Positions 37,559 through 51,437 of a stretch of DNA of 64,000 bases are shown in pieces. Numbering within the stretch: position 1 is the first letter of the stretch; the number at the start of each line of letters is the position of its first letter. This stretch comes from Camelus ferus (Eukaryota): contig NC_045696.1 of the NCBI RefSeq assembly GCF_009834535.1, forward strand, positions 115,260,001-115,324,000, in the 5' to 3' direction. Made by a program: the position numbers and the translations under genes. The notes beneath the pieces were generated by a model. It was not told where the DNA came from. It searched no databases and was given only the letters and a program-made list of their open reading frames with translations.

Positions 37559-39754
37559 ACATCTCACCACTAGTCGGAGTTAGGAGTTGATGCTTGAAGG
37601 AGTGTCAGGCTTGAGCAGCTGGTAAAGATAAACAGCAAATATCAAAAGAGCTAAGAATTCAGATGCTTGATTGATCTATGATGGGGATTTTGTATAAAAA
37701 AATGTGATGGAAGTATAAGGGAGCCAGAAAGCCACTTATATGAAAGGTCATAGGTTAGTTATTAGAGAAGTTATAACTAATAAGAACTAGGGTTTTGAAA
37801 GAATATGTGGGGGAAAAAAAGAGTAGAACTCAAGTCTGTGGACAGAGTGAATTATGCATTTAAATTTGAGGGACAATAAAGTTCCTGGTAAATCAATGTT
37901 TAAGGTGTAACTCTGACACTAGGTTAATACATCCTAAATTAAATCCTCTATATGAGGACAATGTAGTCAACATTTGTGAGTTCCTAGTAAGCTAATTTAT
38001 GTTCTTATAGACTTCACATTGTTGGCTTTTAAAACTACACATTGATTATCATAGTATTTAATCTTATAATCAGCTCATTAAAGGTAAGTCTGGATAAATA
38101 ATGGTTTTAGAAATTATTAAATTTCTTTCACTTTGCTCTGTTTCCTTAATTATTCAGTGATGTGTCCTTCCCCTCAAGAGGTCTTTGACTAACAGAGACA
38201 AAGAGACTCGTTCCCTTTTGGGTAGGTAAAAGAGAGCATTGTTCCACTGGTGACTCTGCCACCTCAGTAAAGAAATGTGTAATGTGGAATTTCAGTTTAT
38301 TACGATTTAATCCAAAAAGGATGTGAAGAAGCTCAAGAAGCATTTTTCATACTTACTTTTCTGAGTCACCGTGCCTAGCATGGGACTTTAAGATGCTGTA
38401 TACATACGGGAAATTCTAATTTACTTCTGAAACGGATGGTTGAGTTGAGATTCATTTGAATATTCTGTGTTTAGTTTTTCTCCCGGATCAGATAGCATTA
38501 CAGATAGCTGATGTAGTTTCAGGGGGGGCTTCTGCACCTCCCTCCTGCCCCTGCCCCTCTCTGCCCTCCCCAGTGTAGAAAAAAGAGGAGAAAGAGAACA
38601 TGATCACTGCCTCCACTTAGTTAATTTTAATTAGCTTCTGTTCCTGGTATACCAGTGTGAGCCACTTGGCAGTGATTCTGCAGGATACAAAGTCAATAGA
38701 TAAAAGCAATGCAATTTATTTCTTATGGTGCATCTTTTGAAGGTTCATTGTCAACTTTATTTCATAAACTCCCTTTTTTTCCATGAAATATTTGATGTCT
38801 ACAAATCTATTGCTATCATATGTCAATTTAAAGCATGATCTAATGTAAACATCGTACTTCCGCTCCAGCTTAAGAAATTGAACATTATGTCTAACTTTTA
38901 AAATAATGTGTTTTTTTTCTCCCTGCTGAGTATATCCTTGCCTTCTTATCCGAAGTAATCAAGACCCAGAATGTCTTTTTCACCATTCCCATGTTTTACT
39001 TTATTGTTTTAGCCCCAGAGGATGTGCCCTTAAATAAAGGGCTGTTTAGTTCTGCTGCTTCTTTGGCATCACAGAAGTGTCATTTTATATGTGTTACCTC
39101 CTCTGTCACTTATTTCTTCCCTCAGAACCATGTGTCTGCGGTTCATCCCCATTGGCACGTTTAGCAGTCCTTGGGTTCTCATCAGGCTCTGTGTCTAAGG
39201 CATTGTATGAGCACTGGTCTCTCCCGCTGCAGATTGAGGTCTGGACCCATGTCTCTGCTGTTGTAAAGGCTGTTCCTGTTAACACTCTGGCACATATGTA
39301 CATGTGCGCAATCCCATGAGTTTCTCTAGAGTCTGTTGCTAGGATTGGAACACTGGATCTTAACTATTCTAGGGTCTTATCTTCAATGGAAGTTCTCCAA
39401 AAATCATACCAGTTTTCACTCCCACCTAAGTATATAAGAATTCTTTTTGTTCTACATTACAAATGGTTGGTGCTATTGTACATTTAAATAAAAAATTATG
39501 CCAGTTTCTTAGATGAAAAATAGAATCCTGAATTAATTTTGTGTTTCCAGAAATGTTCCCGAATACTAACAAGAGTTGCTAAGCCTTTCACATTTGTGTT
39601 AGCTATTTATTTTTCCTTTTCTGTGAAATACCCGTTTTCTATTAGGTTATGAATATTCTTCTTACTGACTAGTTGGAGTTCTTTATGTATGAAAGATATG
39701 AACCCTTTGTCAGATTCGTGACTTGTCTTTTTTGCTCTCTTCCCAGGGACTTTT

Positions 39755-39868
39755 TTTGTTGCAGGGGGTGGGGGCTAATTAGGTCCATTTATTTATTTAC
39801 TTTTAGGGGAGTACTGGGGATTGAACCCAGGACCTCGTGCATGCTAAGCCCGTGTTCTACCACTTGAA
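39755..39868 (-). mobile_element. tRNA-Ala-derived SINE (camelid vic-1-like), slightly 5' truncated
   Basis: GTACTGGGGATTGAACCCAGGACCTCGTGCATGCTAAGC; 11-bp TSD CAGGGACTTTT (39744-39754, 39869-39879). Confidence 0.92.
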
Positions 39869-40149
39869 CAGGGACTTTTGATGAACAAATGTTTTTAGTT
39901 TCAAAGTTATTTGAGCCTTTTTTTGATTTAAGTAAAAAAAATTTTTTTTCTACCATAGGGCTGTTAAAATATTCTTGTCTTCTTAAAGGTAAAATTTTGC
40001 CTTTCACAGTTAAGTCTATAATCTACAGGAGATTAGATTTTGTGTGTAGTATGAGGTATAAACCCAGTTTCATCTTTTTCCCTTAAGGGTAAACAGATGT
40101 CCCAGCTCATTGACTGATTTGTCGTTTCTGTGTCCACGGCATGACAATG

Positions 40150-40562
40150 ACTTACTGGCCTCAGGTACGCTCCCACCTGAGGGTCATTGCCCTCGCTGGG
40201 TCCTCTGACTGAAGTGCTCTCCCCTCTGGTGGCTACGTGTTCCCTTCCTCACCTACTTCGTGCTTTTTCTCTAAAGCTCCTTTTCAGTGAGACCACATTC
40301 GTTTACACTTAAAAACCACCACTTGCCCAAACTTACTCAATCTCTCTTCCCTGCTTTATTTCCTCCATCACTCTTAGGACTATTTGAATGTGTTTATTTT
40401 CTTACTTACCTCATTCACCTCCCCCTCTCCCCACTATAACATGAGCACAATGAAGAGTAAGAATTTTGTCTGTTTTGTTACTGTGGGAACCCCAGCACGT
40501 AGAAAATTCCTGGCCCATAATCAGGACCCAGTGATACCCATTGAGTGAGCAGATGAATGAGC
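40150..40562 (+). mobile_element. L2 LINE 3' end
   Basis: CTCCCACCTGAGGGTCATTGC...TTTTGTCTGTTTTGTTACTG...CCTGGCCCATA...GATGAATGA. Confidence 0.75.
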
Positions 40563-42414
40563 AAATTACATTTTGGAAAGGGATCTGCCCGTGGACTTCT
40601 GGACTATTTCAGTGGTCTGTTTCTTTTTCTCTGGGGGAGTCCCAGTGTTCCATGTCTGATAAGACGTGGTCTCTCCATGTTTTCGTTCTTTAAGGGGGGT
40701 TTGCATATCCTTGATAACTTCCTCTCCCACATCAATTTTAAAATTATCACATCCATGAAAAAACCTGACAACTATTTGATTCACATTGAATTGATTCTGT
40801 AGTTTGATTGGAAGGAACAGAGACATTTTTATTATTTCGTATCTTTCTACCCATCAATATGATTTATCTCTCATTTATATCGTTCTTTAATGTCTTCTAT
40901 TATATTTTTTAAATTATCTCTCTGAGGTTCTGCACTGTTTGATAAATTCTTATTCTTGCAGACATTGTTAAGTTATTCACATATTCTTTAATTAAATCAG
41001 GAAGTCCTTCTCTTTAGCTAAACATTGACGTTATACATTCTAAAAATTAAATCAGAAAATATCTTGGACTTTTGAATAAAGGTAAAACTTTGAAGAAAGC
41101 TAGGCAATGTAATTCATCAGCAAATTTCCATTTCACTAAGAGATGAGAATCTAAAAAGAATCTAATTAAAACTACTGAGAAGGCTTAAGGAGGGAAGAAA
41201 AAGACATTTTGTTCTTAACTTGCAACTTTTCTCCCTTATGTGACCCATCCCCAGCAAAATTCATTAGTAGTTTCTCCCTTGTGTGTGTAACGATGACCCC
41301 GTTCTATAGCAATTATCATAAAACTGTCTTGTGCCATGGTTATCGCTGCACACATCTCTCCTCCCCACTGAACCGCACGTTCATTGAGACCAGCGACTTT
41401 ATCTTGTCTTTATATCCTCAGGCTCGTCACAGCACCTGCCCTGCCGCAAACGGGCACTAGAAGCTTCTAGGCACGGGTATCCAAAGGAGATAACAGAATG
41501 TACTCTCAGTAAAGTCTTCAAAAGGGGCGTAGAAATTGGCCGGTGTGATAGTTCCTTCAGATCCATCCTTTCTCCCTAAGGATACTGGTGTTCCCATTCC
41601 TCTGCCAGCTCTCCTCTCTTCAGGCTTCCTTCTGGGCTCTTTCTTCTCTGCCATCCCCAGAAACATCAGTGCTCCCCCCAGGAGTCTCTGTAGTCCCCTC
41701 CTTTCTAACTTTACTCCAAAGCGTATTCCACATCACCTAGTCTGTGTCACCCATGCCCGCTGTCTTCCCTTACACTGAGAGCTATTAAACTCAGAACTTC
41801 AACACTGCACACTTTTAAACCCCTGTGACTTCTTTCTGATTTCCTCTCTACGTAACAGGTTCCAGTCGTGAACGCATTAATTCCTCTACCCACAAATACA
41901 CCCCTACACACCTTTCTGAAATGTGCCATTTGTTCTGTATTCATGCAATGGTTAATGTTGTCACTCTCTGTTCAGTGACCCAGTGAGAAGAATCAGTCAA
42001 ATAAATGATGCTGACTTAAAAGCCTGTCTCCTAAAACTCTCCCCAATCTCTCCCTCAAATCTCCCAGTTGCTACTGGCTAACTCATGACCTGGATTTTTC
42101 AGGTGGACTTTTGCAACAGCTTTAAAGTCTTCCTGACTCCAGACTGATTTTCTCCCTTCAGGTTCTCGTCTAAATTATTTTTCTGAAGATACAAATATGG
42201 TTGCATGTACTTTTGAGTTGGATGTTTTCTTATAGCTTAGCATTGCTCAAAGGACTAAAGTTCAGGTTCATGAACAGAGCCCACATCTTAAGTACCTGGT
42301 CCAATATCCCTGGCCACTTGCCTCTCTTCCACTCACACTGTTCCCCCCCAACTCACACTGTTCCCCATTCACACCTAAATTATGAATGTTTACTGACAAT
42401 ATAACATTCTTTTT

Positions 42415-42676
42415 TTTAAAATCACCTTTATTGTGGTATGGTTCCTGTACAGTAAACTACACATATTTCAGATGTACAATTTGATGAATTTTGATAGATA
42501 TTTACACCCATGAAACCACCTCCACAATCAACGTAGCTAACATTTCCATCATCCCCCAGGAAGTACAGTTTTCAAATTCCCAATTTATCCCTTCTCACCC
42601 CTTTAACCCCTGGTAACCATAAGTTTGTTCTCTATGTCTGTGAGCCTGTTTTTGTTTTGTAGATAAGTTCCTTTGA
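42415..42676 (-). mobile_element. L1 3' fragment(s)
   Basis: Reverse L1 3' end (TTTATTGTGGTAT...TGTACAATTTGATGAATTTTGA...) joined to CCAATTTATCCC...GGTAACCATAAGTTTGTT; ACATTCTTTT on both sides. Confidence 0.75.
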
Positions 42677-45600
42677 ACATCACATTCTTTTATACCTTTG
42701 CATGGGCTGTTTCTGTTATACTTGTCATCTCCACCTACGTAATTCCTACTTACTGAGCCCAAATTGGGTGATTTATATGACGTCTTCCAGGACATCCCCA
42801 CTCTGAGTGAAGACCCCCTCCGCTCTGCTCCCCTGGCACTCTGCTGAGATCTTTATTTCCACACTTGCTCACTTGAGCTAAAATTTATTTATCTTTCTCT
42901 AACTGTATTCTAAGTCCCTTTCTGGAGATTGGAACTATTTGTTTTGCATTGTTGTATCTGTACAAGCCATTAGATTACATAGCCTTCTTCAGACAGACAT
43001 CTGCAGAGACCCAAAAAATATCTGGACCCTTCCCAGGGCATCCTTCCATGTCCTTGACATTGATCACATGCCATCCACCTTGCAAGCTTCCATGTTTGAG
43101 TTCTTCCGTAAAATACCAAACTGATCAACCCTCTCAGTTTGTCTTTAATCCATTAATTTCAGTTTGTTGTCTATTAAGTAATCTCTCAACAATCAGTACA
43201 GAATACTTTAAATGATTCTGTGTTTCATGCATGACTTTATCATCGCTGGAGAAACAGCATATGAGTTGTTACTTCTGCCACTTACTTGGCTGTCAGTATT
43301 CGGAGGATGATGGTGTCTGGAAACCACAAAACCATTATGAATCTTGAACGTGTCTGACTCTGTTTCAAGTGCTTCACATAGATTATCTCATTTAATGCTC
43401 CCAGGCCTCTTTCCCAAGGTCAAAGATTAGTAGGTGACCATTCTGGAATGTGACTCCAAGTCCATCCAGCAATAAGATTCATATTCCAAGATACCTTAGT
43501 GTTTTAGAAACAATTACACTTTCGTTTTCCAGTGCTCAGCTCTCCCCTTCCTCACCTTTCTGAACCCTGTGTTGTCTTGATTGTATTTCTCTGGGGTTTA
43601 TATGATCAGGTGCACATGGTTACAGGAACTCTTGCCAAGCTGGGCCATGCAGTTGCATGGTCTTTTCCTTTTCAGTGTTTTGGAATTGTTTGAAATTCAG
43701 CTTAGCAGACTGACCCTTGATCTGTGATGGGTTTGTCTTAAGAGTCAACACTGCCATTTCAGAGGTACTCGGGTAGCCTGATTATTTTGTGGGGTAATTG
43801 GCAGCAGTCTTTAGCACTAGTACATTTTCTTCGTTTCAATTGCCTTTTTTCTGTTTGCTTTTCTTAAGCCAAGCATTCTTCACAAAATGCAAATTGTCAT
43901 CAAGAAATATCTGGAGAAGTGATTTAGAAAGTTCACTTAAAATACAAATAAATTCAGCAAGAGAGGATGGATGAAAATGGAGTTTTTAACTGTCATGTAT
44001 TATTTTCAGGATGGAAGAAATTACACATTCTAAGAAATAGCGGAAAGCAGTGTTCACTAAGAGTTCCCAGCAGATTTTAGAGGAAGTAACATGATCTTAA
44101 ATGATTTCTTGATGTTAAACTATTGTTTAGAAGGGTGATTATTTTAAATGGAGTTGCTTTCCTGACTAAAGATGAGCAACAATATTTTTTTTTTACCTGC
44201 AAACTATAATTTATTGACATCAAATAGCAGGTATTTTGGACTAAAGTTTATTTTTAGAAACCAAAGTTCCTTTTATTCAGGTTTGTTATTTAAAATATGT
44301 TTAGATAGAAACCTCCAATTTTTTTTTCAAAATGGGACAAAGATTGTATAAAAGCAATTCCTTTTCTCTCAAGACTTTCTTGAAATAAATCTAAAAAATA
44401 CAAAAAGGAGAGATAGCTGCCAAAGAGCAGAGGTGTTTAGGGTCACCATACATGGAGATTTAAACATCCCTAGAAGCCAGGTGGTGGAAGGAAAGTGCAC
44501 AGAAGAGGAAAGTAGAGACAAGTATGACTTCAGGACCTTGGAGAAGGTCTGGAAATAGGGTCTGCTGGTGTCAAATTGAGTGACTAGCAGAAAGCATGAG
44601 ACAGGTGGGACTGGAAACATGAGGATTGATTGAAAAGAGGAAAATTTGTTTCAAATTAAGATTAAAACACATTTTTATAGAAAAAGAAAGGCAAAGAACA
44701 ATCAGAAAGTATGCTTTAAAATGTAGCAGTAGAAAATAAGACAGAATTTCAAGTAGTTGATGGGTAATAAGAAAATAGAAGCTTCTTTGCTTGAAGCTAA
44801 AACACTGCCTTTTGAATGGACCAAGTTTTGTAGCATTGGAACTATAGAAAAAGAAATCTAATCCTATCACATTACTTGGTCAGCAGACAAAAATATGGAT
44901 CAAGTCAAAACAACGATAATGTTGTTTATTCGCTTTTACATTTGAGACTCATCCTTGAACAAAGCCTGGAAGGGTGGGTTGTAGCTGAGAGCACAAGATA
45001 TTTCAGTTAGAAAAGTTTGAACATTTAAAAGTGTATTATAAGTGTAGCTGAGAGAAGTTGGAAATTGGAAATTGAGGGAGAAAAGCTGTACGAAAACAAA
45101 TACCTTCAAGCAGGGATTTTGAGATCCTGACTCAAGTTAATGGAGCCAAACATAAATATGGGAACCTATTATGTATAGTTGTGAAATAATAATAAATATT
45201 CAACTTAATAAAACTTTGACAATGTATGTTGAAGAGTATGGAAAGAGGAAGAAGGTCTGGTGGTGTATGTGTTAAATTCTCATCTATGTTAGTGTCTAGA
45301 GAACATTAGCATGTTGTTTAGAGCTGTGATGTCAAATGGCAGGAAATAATAATACTAATAATAAACATTTCATTTCATTTCAAGCATTTACCTCTGAGCT
45401 GGAAGGGTTAGTGGGAGAGTTACTTGTCATCTGAAGCTCTTTTGTGCTATTTGGTTTGTTATCATGTGTGCATTATTTGATAAAAATACATACACAAAAA
45501 AAAGAAATTATAGCACAATATTTTGAGAGTCCCTGTGCAAGACTTGAAGGGCATGGGAATTACAGAGTGTACTAGTTAATGTGCCAGCTAACAAAATAAC

Positions 45601-46387
45601 CTCTTAAGTCAGTGGTTCTCCCTGTGCTTGCTCATGGGAATCCAGCTGAGATCTGCAACCCCCTTTCAGGCCACGTGAAGAGGGGTTTAAGTGGTTACAG
45701 TTTATATTTTACTCTTTACAGTTTATACAAAAAGCCACCAGTAGTCCAACCACACTGTCTTTGGGGTGTTTCAGAAATTTGTACAAGTGTCTCCATGTAA
45801 TAGACACTGGAAGTGTTTCAAATACGACCAAATGTAACTGTACCCTCATGGTTAAAAGCAGTCCTTAGGTACTGGGTTATCTTTGCTTTGGGTTCAGGTG
45901 GGTTTGGTCTTAAGGATTTTGGGGGAGGCCATGAGAGCCTCAGCCTCATTTGTCCTTGACTCCCACAGCTGATAACATCTTGCTCACCACTTGACCTTCA
46001 CTGTATCTGATTTAACTTTTAATTACAGTTCAACTTTACAGTGGTTCCTTGAAGTCCTTAAAAAAGGTCAGGAAGTGAAAAAACAGGCAGAACAGAGAAA
46101 GTTGTAGAGACGTGAAACGGTGCTTTAACACCACTTTGGAGATTAAAAACAGCCTACAATGTCATTTATTAACAAGGAAGTCAATTGTTAGAAATACTTC
46201 AAAATAACCCTTGTTTATTCAGGTGGTTCTGGTTTAGTCTTCGTCATCAATTCTTTTTTTCTTTTTCTTTTTTTTAATGTGTATGGGTTTCTGCCTGCAG
46301 TTTGCCAATTCCCAAGAAACCCAATTCAGATCCCATTTTTAAATTGAGTTCAGAAGTTTGCTGAGCTAGAACACATCTTTGAGAGTC

Positions 46388-46560
46388 AGTGTGATAGGCA
46401 GGAAGAACACTGGGTTTTAATAACCCTGGGTTTAAATCTTGGAGCTGCCTGGTAATATATAGGTCACCTTGGCAAATCATTTACTCCGGCTGTTCCCCAA
46501 TCTTCATTTCTGTAAAACAAGGATAATACTGCATCCTTTATAGGAGTATTAGGCTAAAAT
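46388..46560 (+). mobile_element. MIR SINE
   Basis: CCTGGGTTTAAATC...GTCACCTTGGCAAATCATTTA...TCTGTAAAACAAGGATAATA. Confidence 0.7.
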
Positions 46561-48500
46561 TATTTATTGGTGGGAAAGAAGACATTGGTTTCTTGGAAAT
46601 ACCTGGTGAAAGATATTAATCGCAGGAAGTTGATTCTATGAACAAGGTTTTGACCAGCATGTCTTAGCTGTCCCTTACGGATTCTTTCAGACTTTAAATG
46701 AATTTGCCTTGTGTTGGTGCTCTGAGTCTGTACTTTTAACAAGCTTCCCGGTTGATTCCTGGTGGCCAGCCAGGGCTGAGGATTGCCTTACCCACATGGC
46801 ATGGATTTTAAGAGATTATTATTTCTATTTTTTAAACATGCAGTTTACTGGGAATGTTTCCCTCAAGGCTTTGAAATGCAGTCAGTCTCAGATGATAATG
46901 CAGATTTTCTACCAAATCGAACAACGTGGCTTCCACCAAGAATTATGTCTTGAGCTACTTAGTTCTCCTTAAAATGACTGACAGCAGCTGGGGTGGCTGC
47001 TTTTTTACATATCTAATGACTGTCTTCAACAATAAACCTTTCTTGAGCACTTTCTGTTCTTGGGCACTTATTTTTCAAAGATGAACAAAGCTGACTGTAT
47101 CTTTTGCAGGTTGGGGAGGGGAGAACTGCAGGCAGGAGATCCAGGCGGTGGATAGCATATGATGTGACCTAGTAGGTACAGGGTGGTGTGCGGACCCGGG
47201 GAGGGGTGTTTAGCTGCGCCCACCGAGAGACTAGAGGAGGTCCTCTTGGAAAGGGATGTGGAGGGGTAGGCAGGATTATACATGTAGCGGGTAAGTAATA
47301 AAGATTGGAAAGAAAGCAAAGAACCTCACAAAAGGTAGAGAAGACAGTAAAGCACACCAGGTTATACCAGAAATTTCCAGCAGATCTGGATTACGGGAGC
47401 AAAATGTGGGAGGTAAGGGGGCATGGAAATGATTCCAGAGACATGGGCCCAGGTTAGTTCATGGAAGGTAGTGTTTCTCAGCCTAAAATGCCCTTCATGG
47501 CTTGAATTCTACATCACTGGCTAAAACAGACATACAGGCCACCTAGCGCGGGGGAAATGTGTGTGTAAATTAGTGAATGGGTACTTCCTTGCAAGGAAAA
47601 GTAGAATAATTCAAGAAATTATCAAGTCTAGTCCAAACACAGAACAAAAGAAATTGAGTCATGCCAGATTCCAAAGAGTGAAAGGTTTTATGCACAGAAT
47701 TGGTGGATAAATACTGATACATAAATTAGTACATAAATAATATGTATGCATGTGTATATACACGCACACAGACATCTGCACAGACATATGTGTATTTGCA
47801 TTTTTGAACAAAACATAAAGGTAAGCAAGAATATTCTTAGGGGCTACATTCCAGGTATATGTGTTATCTTGGAGTTTTCATGCTAGAAGAGATCATATAA
47901 ATTACCTCTTGAGATGGAATTTGTTTGAACAAAGAACCATCCCTCGCACCATTATACTTTTTCAAAGGCGTTAGATGGTGACTTAAAGAAACACACAAGA
48001 ACGGAGCAAGAAAAAAGATACAGTGCAAAACATGTACCCCAAAATTTATGCCTTTTCTGATTCAACAAAACAATTAAAATCGGGGTAATTGCTCACGTAG
48101 CCCATACCAGTGTGCCATTGTTTAATTTTTCTATAGACTTTATAACTTTCACTTTGTGACATTTCAAAAGCTCCTCATCTAAATTATTTGGAGGCTCACT
48201 AGTAAAGATCTGCTTCTTTCAATTCCACGAGCCTCATCTCTTTGTGTATTTCAATTTCTTAGAACTTATTTCTTCTTCCCAGGCTCTTGGGGATCACAAG
48301 ACTCTGAGGCTAGAGTTGATCCTGTAGGAAGAGGGCAGACAAGGAATGGTCTCAGTGATCCACTGTTTCTTTCCCTTTTAGACACCAACACAAGAAACCT
48401 GATTTTTGATTTCAGTGTTTCCTTTAATCGGGAAGTCCTGGAATTAGTGCCTGAGTAAAATGTCCCAGTGGTTTGTAGATTTTGTGTTGCCCATTCCATT

Positions 48501-48948
48501 TGTTATGGGTTGAATCGTGCCCCCACCCCACCGCCAATATAAAGGCATGTTATGGTCCTAACCCCCACTACCTCAGAACCTTACTTGGAAGTCGTCTCTT
48601 TGCAGAGATAATCAACTTAAAATGAGTTCAGTAGCGTGGTAACCTAATCCCATATGATTGGTATCCGTATAAGAAGGGGACGTTTGGACACAGAGATGGA
48701 CACACCCAGGAGGAACCGGAGTGATGGCTCTGCAAGCCAAGGATTGCCAGAGATGCTGGCAAAACACCAGCAGCTAGGAATAGGCAGGAAGAATTGTCCT
48801 TACAGATTTCAGAGGGGGAGGTGAGTATGGTTTTGCCAGCATCTTGATTTCAAACTTCTAGCCTCCAGCGCAGTGAGATAATGAATTTCTGCTGTTTTAA
48901 GCCACAGAGTTTGTGGTCCTTTGTTGTAGCAGCCCTGGGGAACTTACA
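48501..48948 (+). mobile_element. MLT1B/C-type MaLR LTR
   Basis: TGTTATGGGTTGAATCGTGCCCCC...GTCCTAACCCCCA.TACCTCAGAA...GCAAGCCAAGGATTGCCA...AATTTCTGCTGTTTTAAGCCAC...GCAGCCCTGGGGAAC. Confidence 0.9.
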
Positions 48949-49421
48949 CGTGGTTAAAATGTTAGAAAGGAAGTATCAGCATAGTACTTTCATGTTTTAA
49001 TTGCTTCATGCCAGAACGTCTGTGCATTCTCCCGTCCATTCATCCATCCGTCTAATAGCACCGTGCTGTTGAAAAAGAAAAGAGTTTAACAACAGGAAAG
49101 CAGAAAAGAGACCATTTCAGATCAAGAGAAGATCCTTCAGTGACCTGCTAGGGCACTAGCTGTGCTCGTGGACTTGCGGTACGGCTGGTAATAGCGTGGA
49201 TTTCTGGGATTCATTCTCCAGCTCAGTCCATGATGCCCTGCTCTCTGGGGCGAGCTGTGTAAGTGGAACCCCAACTCTGGACTTGTTGGATTTAATTACT
49301 TAGCTCCTGTTCAGAGACCAGACCTGACGAGCATTGGGAAACCTGACACAGGCAGGCACCAGGGGCGTTCAGTGTCTTCAGAAGAGATTTTGCCATTTAA
49401 GTCCACCAGAAACTGGGTTCT

Positions 49422-49894
49422 TTTCTTTTTCTCATTGAAGTAGGGTTGATTTATAATGTTCTGTGAATGTGTGGTGCACAGCATAGCGATTAAGATATAT
49501 ACACACATATATATTCTTTCTCATTGTAGGTTATTACAGGGTATTGAATAGAGTTCCCTGTGTTACACAGTAGGACCTTGTTGTTTATCTATTTTATATA
49601 GTGGTTTGTATCTACAAGTCCCCAAGTACTAATTTATCCCTCCCCCACCTCGTGGCATATACATACAATGGAATATTACTCAGCTTTATGGCCTTTTATA
49701 AAAGAATGAAATAACCCCATTTGCAGCAACATGGATGGACCTAGAGATGATCATACTAAGTGAAGTAAGTCAGACAGAAAGACAAATACCACATGATACC
49801 ACTTACATGTGGAATCTTTAAAAAAAAAGACACACATGAACTTGTTTACAAAATAGAAACAGACTCACAGACGTAGAAAACAAACTTACGGTTC
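49422..49894 (-). mobile_element. L1 3' end with 5' inversion (twin priming)
   Basis: 49422-~49650 reverse L1 3' end, ~49651-49894 forward L1 3' UTR; 16-bp TSD with 2 mismatches (49406-49421, 49895-49910). Confidence 0.92.
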
Positions 49895-50844
49895 CCAGAA
49901 ACAGGATTCTCATCAAAGCATTTGAGTCAAATGAAGTCCCTGTAATGCTGATAACAAGGTTTCTAAAGTGTCCAAATTCAGCACCAAAGTCACCTCCACG
50001 GGGCTGTGTTAGTGGGACCAGGCAACAGCCATTCCTTTTAAGGAAACGTAATATTCCTTTGGCTGGAAAACAAAACCTCATTGCAGGAGAAGGGAAGGCC
50101 ATCAATAGGATGATGTAACATTGTTTCCTTCCTCTTTTCCTCTCACCTCCCCTTCCCTTCCTGGTACAGCTTTTCTCAATTATAAAGTGAGATATTTCAA
50201 TAAAATTTAAGTACATACTGAGTGCCCACTGGGTTCCAGGGAAGGGATTGAGAATCCCAGTGGATAAGAACATAGGTGAAACGCAGCCCCACCCACTGGA
50301 AGTACCACAAATAGATGATTTCTGAAAGAGTGCCAGGAGTAGACGACCATGACTGAGAAATTGTGATGGTAACAATTCCACACGTCCTCTTAAAAGTCTC
50401 GGAGTGCAGCTGTCTGTGGGCATTCCATGACAGGGCCACCATACGTCGGTTAAATGCAATTTACTTGAGCATGCAAATGATTCTAAGAAAAATAATGTCT
50501 TAAGAGTCCCTCAAACTCATCCATCCTTTGCTTTGAGCTTTCTCTGTTTCACCCTATTAGTCTGCTCACAGAACATCAGGGGAAATAGCCATAGCGGAAA
50601 GCTGCTGATGGGAAACGTCTCTTACATTTACCCGTGTCCTCAGTACTTGGAGAGCATCCAAATGACTTCGCTTGTGGAAGTTCAGGCACTGGTTTTCTGA
50701 GCAAAGTCAGCGCCCCCTGAACTGATCAGAACAGTGTGTCTGTTTGCCTTTGTCTAGGAAGATGCCTGGTGGGAAAAAAAATGGTCTGATGTTGTCACGT
50801 AAAGTATAAAGAGAACCGATCAACCATCACCTCGTTGCTTAGAT

Positions 50845-51437
50845 CGTTGTGGGAGAACAGGTTCTTGCCTCACGCAGGAAAGAATTCAAGAGCAAGGCAT
50901 GGTAAAGTGGAAGCAAGTTTATTTAGAGAGATGCACACTTCCCAGAGAGCGGGGCTGTCTCACTCAGAAGGGAAAACGGCTTAGGAGGTAACACACTCCG
51001 TAGGCAGAATGTGGGCCATCTCGGGAAGGTGAGAGGGAGAGGAGCTGAGAGGTATGGGGGGTTTATTTTACAGTAAAGGTAGATCCACACTCCGTAGACA
51101 GAGTGCGGGCCATCTCAGAAGGCAAGAGAGAGTGACCATGAGGTGCAGGCTTGTTAGGTTTCATGGGCTCGGTAATTTCATATGCTGATGAATAGGAGGA
51201 TTATTCCAGCTACTTTGGGGAAGGGACAAGGATTTCCAGGAAATCCCCCCACCCCACCCATTTTTTGACCTGTTATAGTCAGCCTAGGAACTGCCATGGC
51301 CCTGTGGCTGTGCCATGAGGCTCAAGGTCAACTGGAAGTCAAATCTTGCGCCATCTTGGTTCTGACCAGTCTGTCCTGTCCTCACTGCTGTGTCATTCCT
51401 TCAGTGGTTGTGCCTGGCCCCCTTCCCTCCCACTTCA
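50845..51437 (-). mobile_element. ERV1-type solo LTR
   Basis: 4-bp TSD AGAT (50841-50844, 51438-51441); CAGGAAAGAATTCAAG, AAGTTTATT (reverse AATAAA), GCCATCTTGG; internal repeated CACACTCCGTAG..CAGA.TG.GGGCCATCTC..AAGG units. Confidence 0.85.

Larger units (their letters stand above)
38800..40960 (-). mobile_element. Fragmented old L1 (L1ME-like), interrupted by a SINE and an L2
   Basis: Reverse L1 3' UTR/ORF2 motifs (CCAGTTTTCACTCCCACC..., TTTCACAGTTAAGTCTATAATCTAC, TTTTGTGTGTAGTATGAGGTA, GGAAGGAACAGAGACATTTTTAT). Confidence 0.65.

Noticed and set aside
49818..50459. Longest ORF in the track (213 aa, - strand)
   Set aside because: No recognisable domain, and it runs into L1 sequence; consistent with a chance ORF
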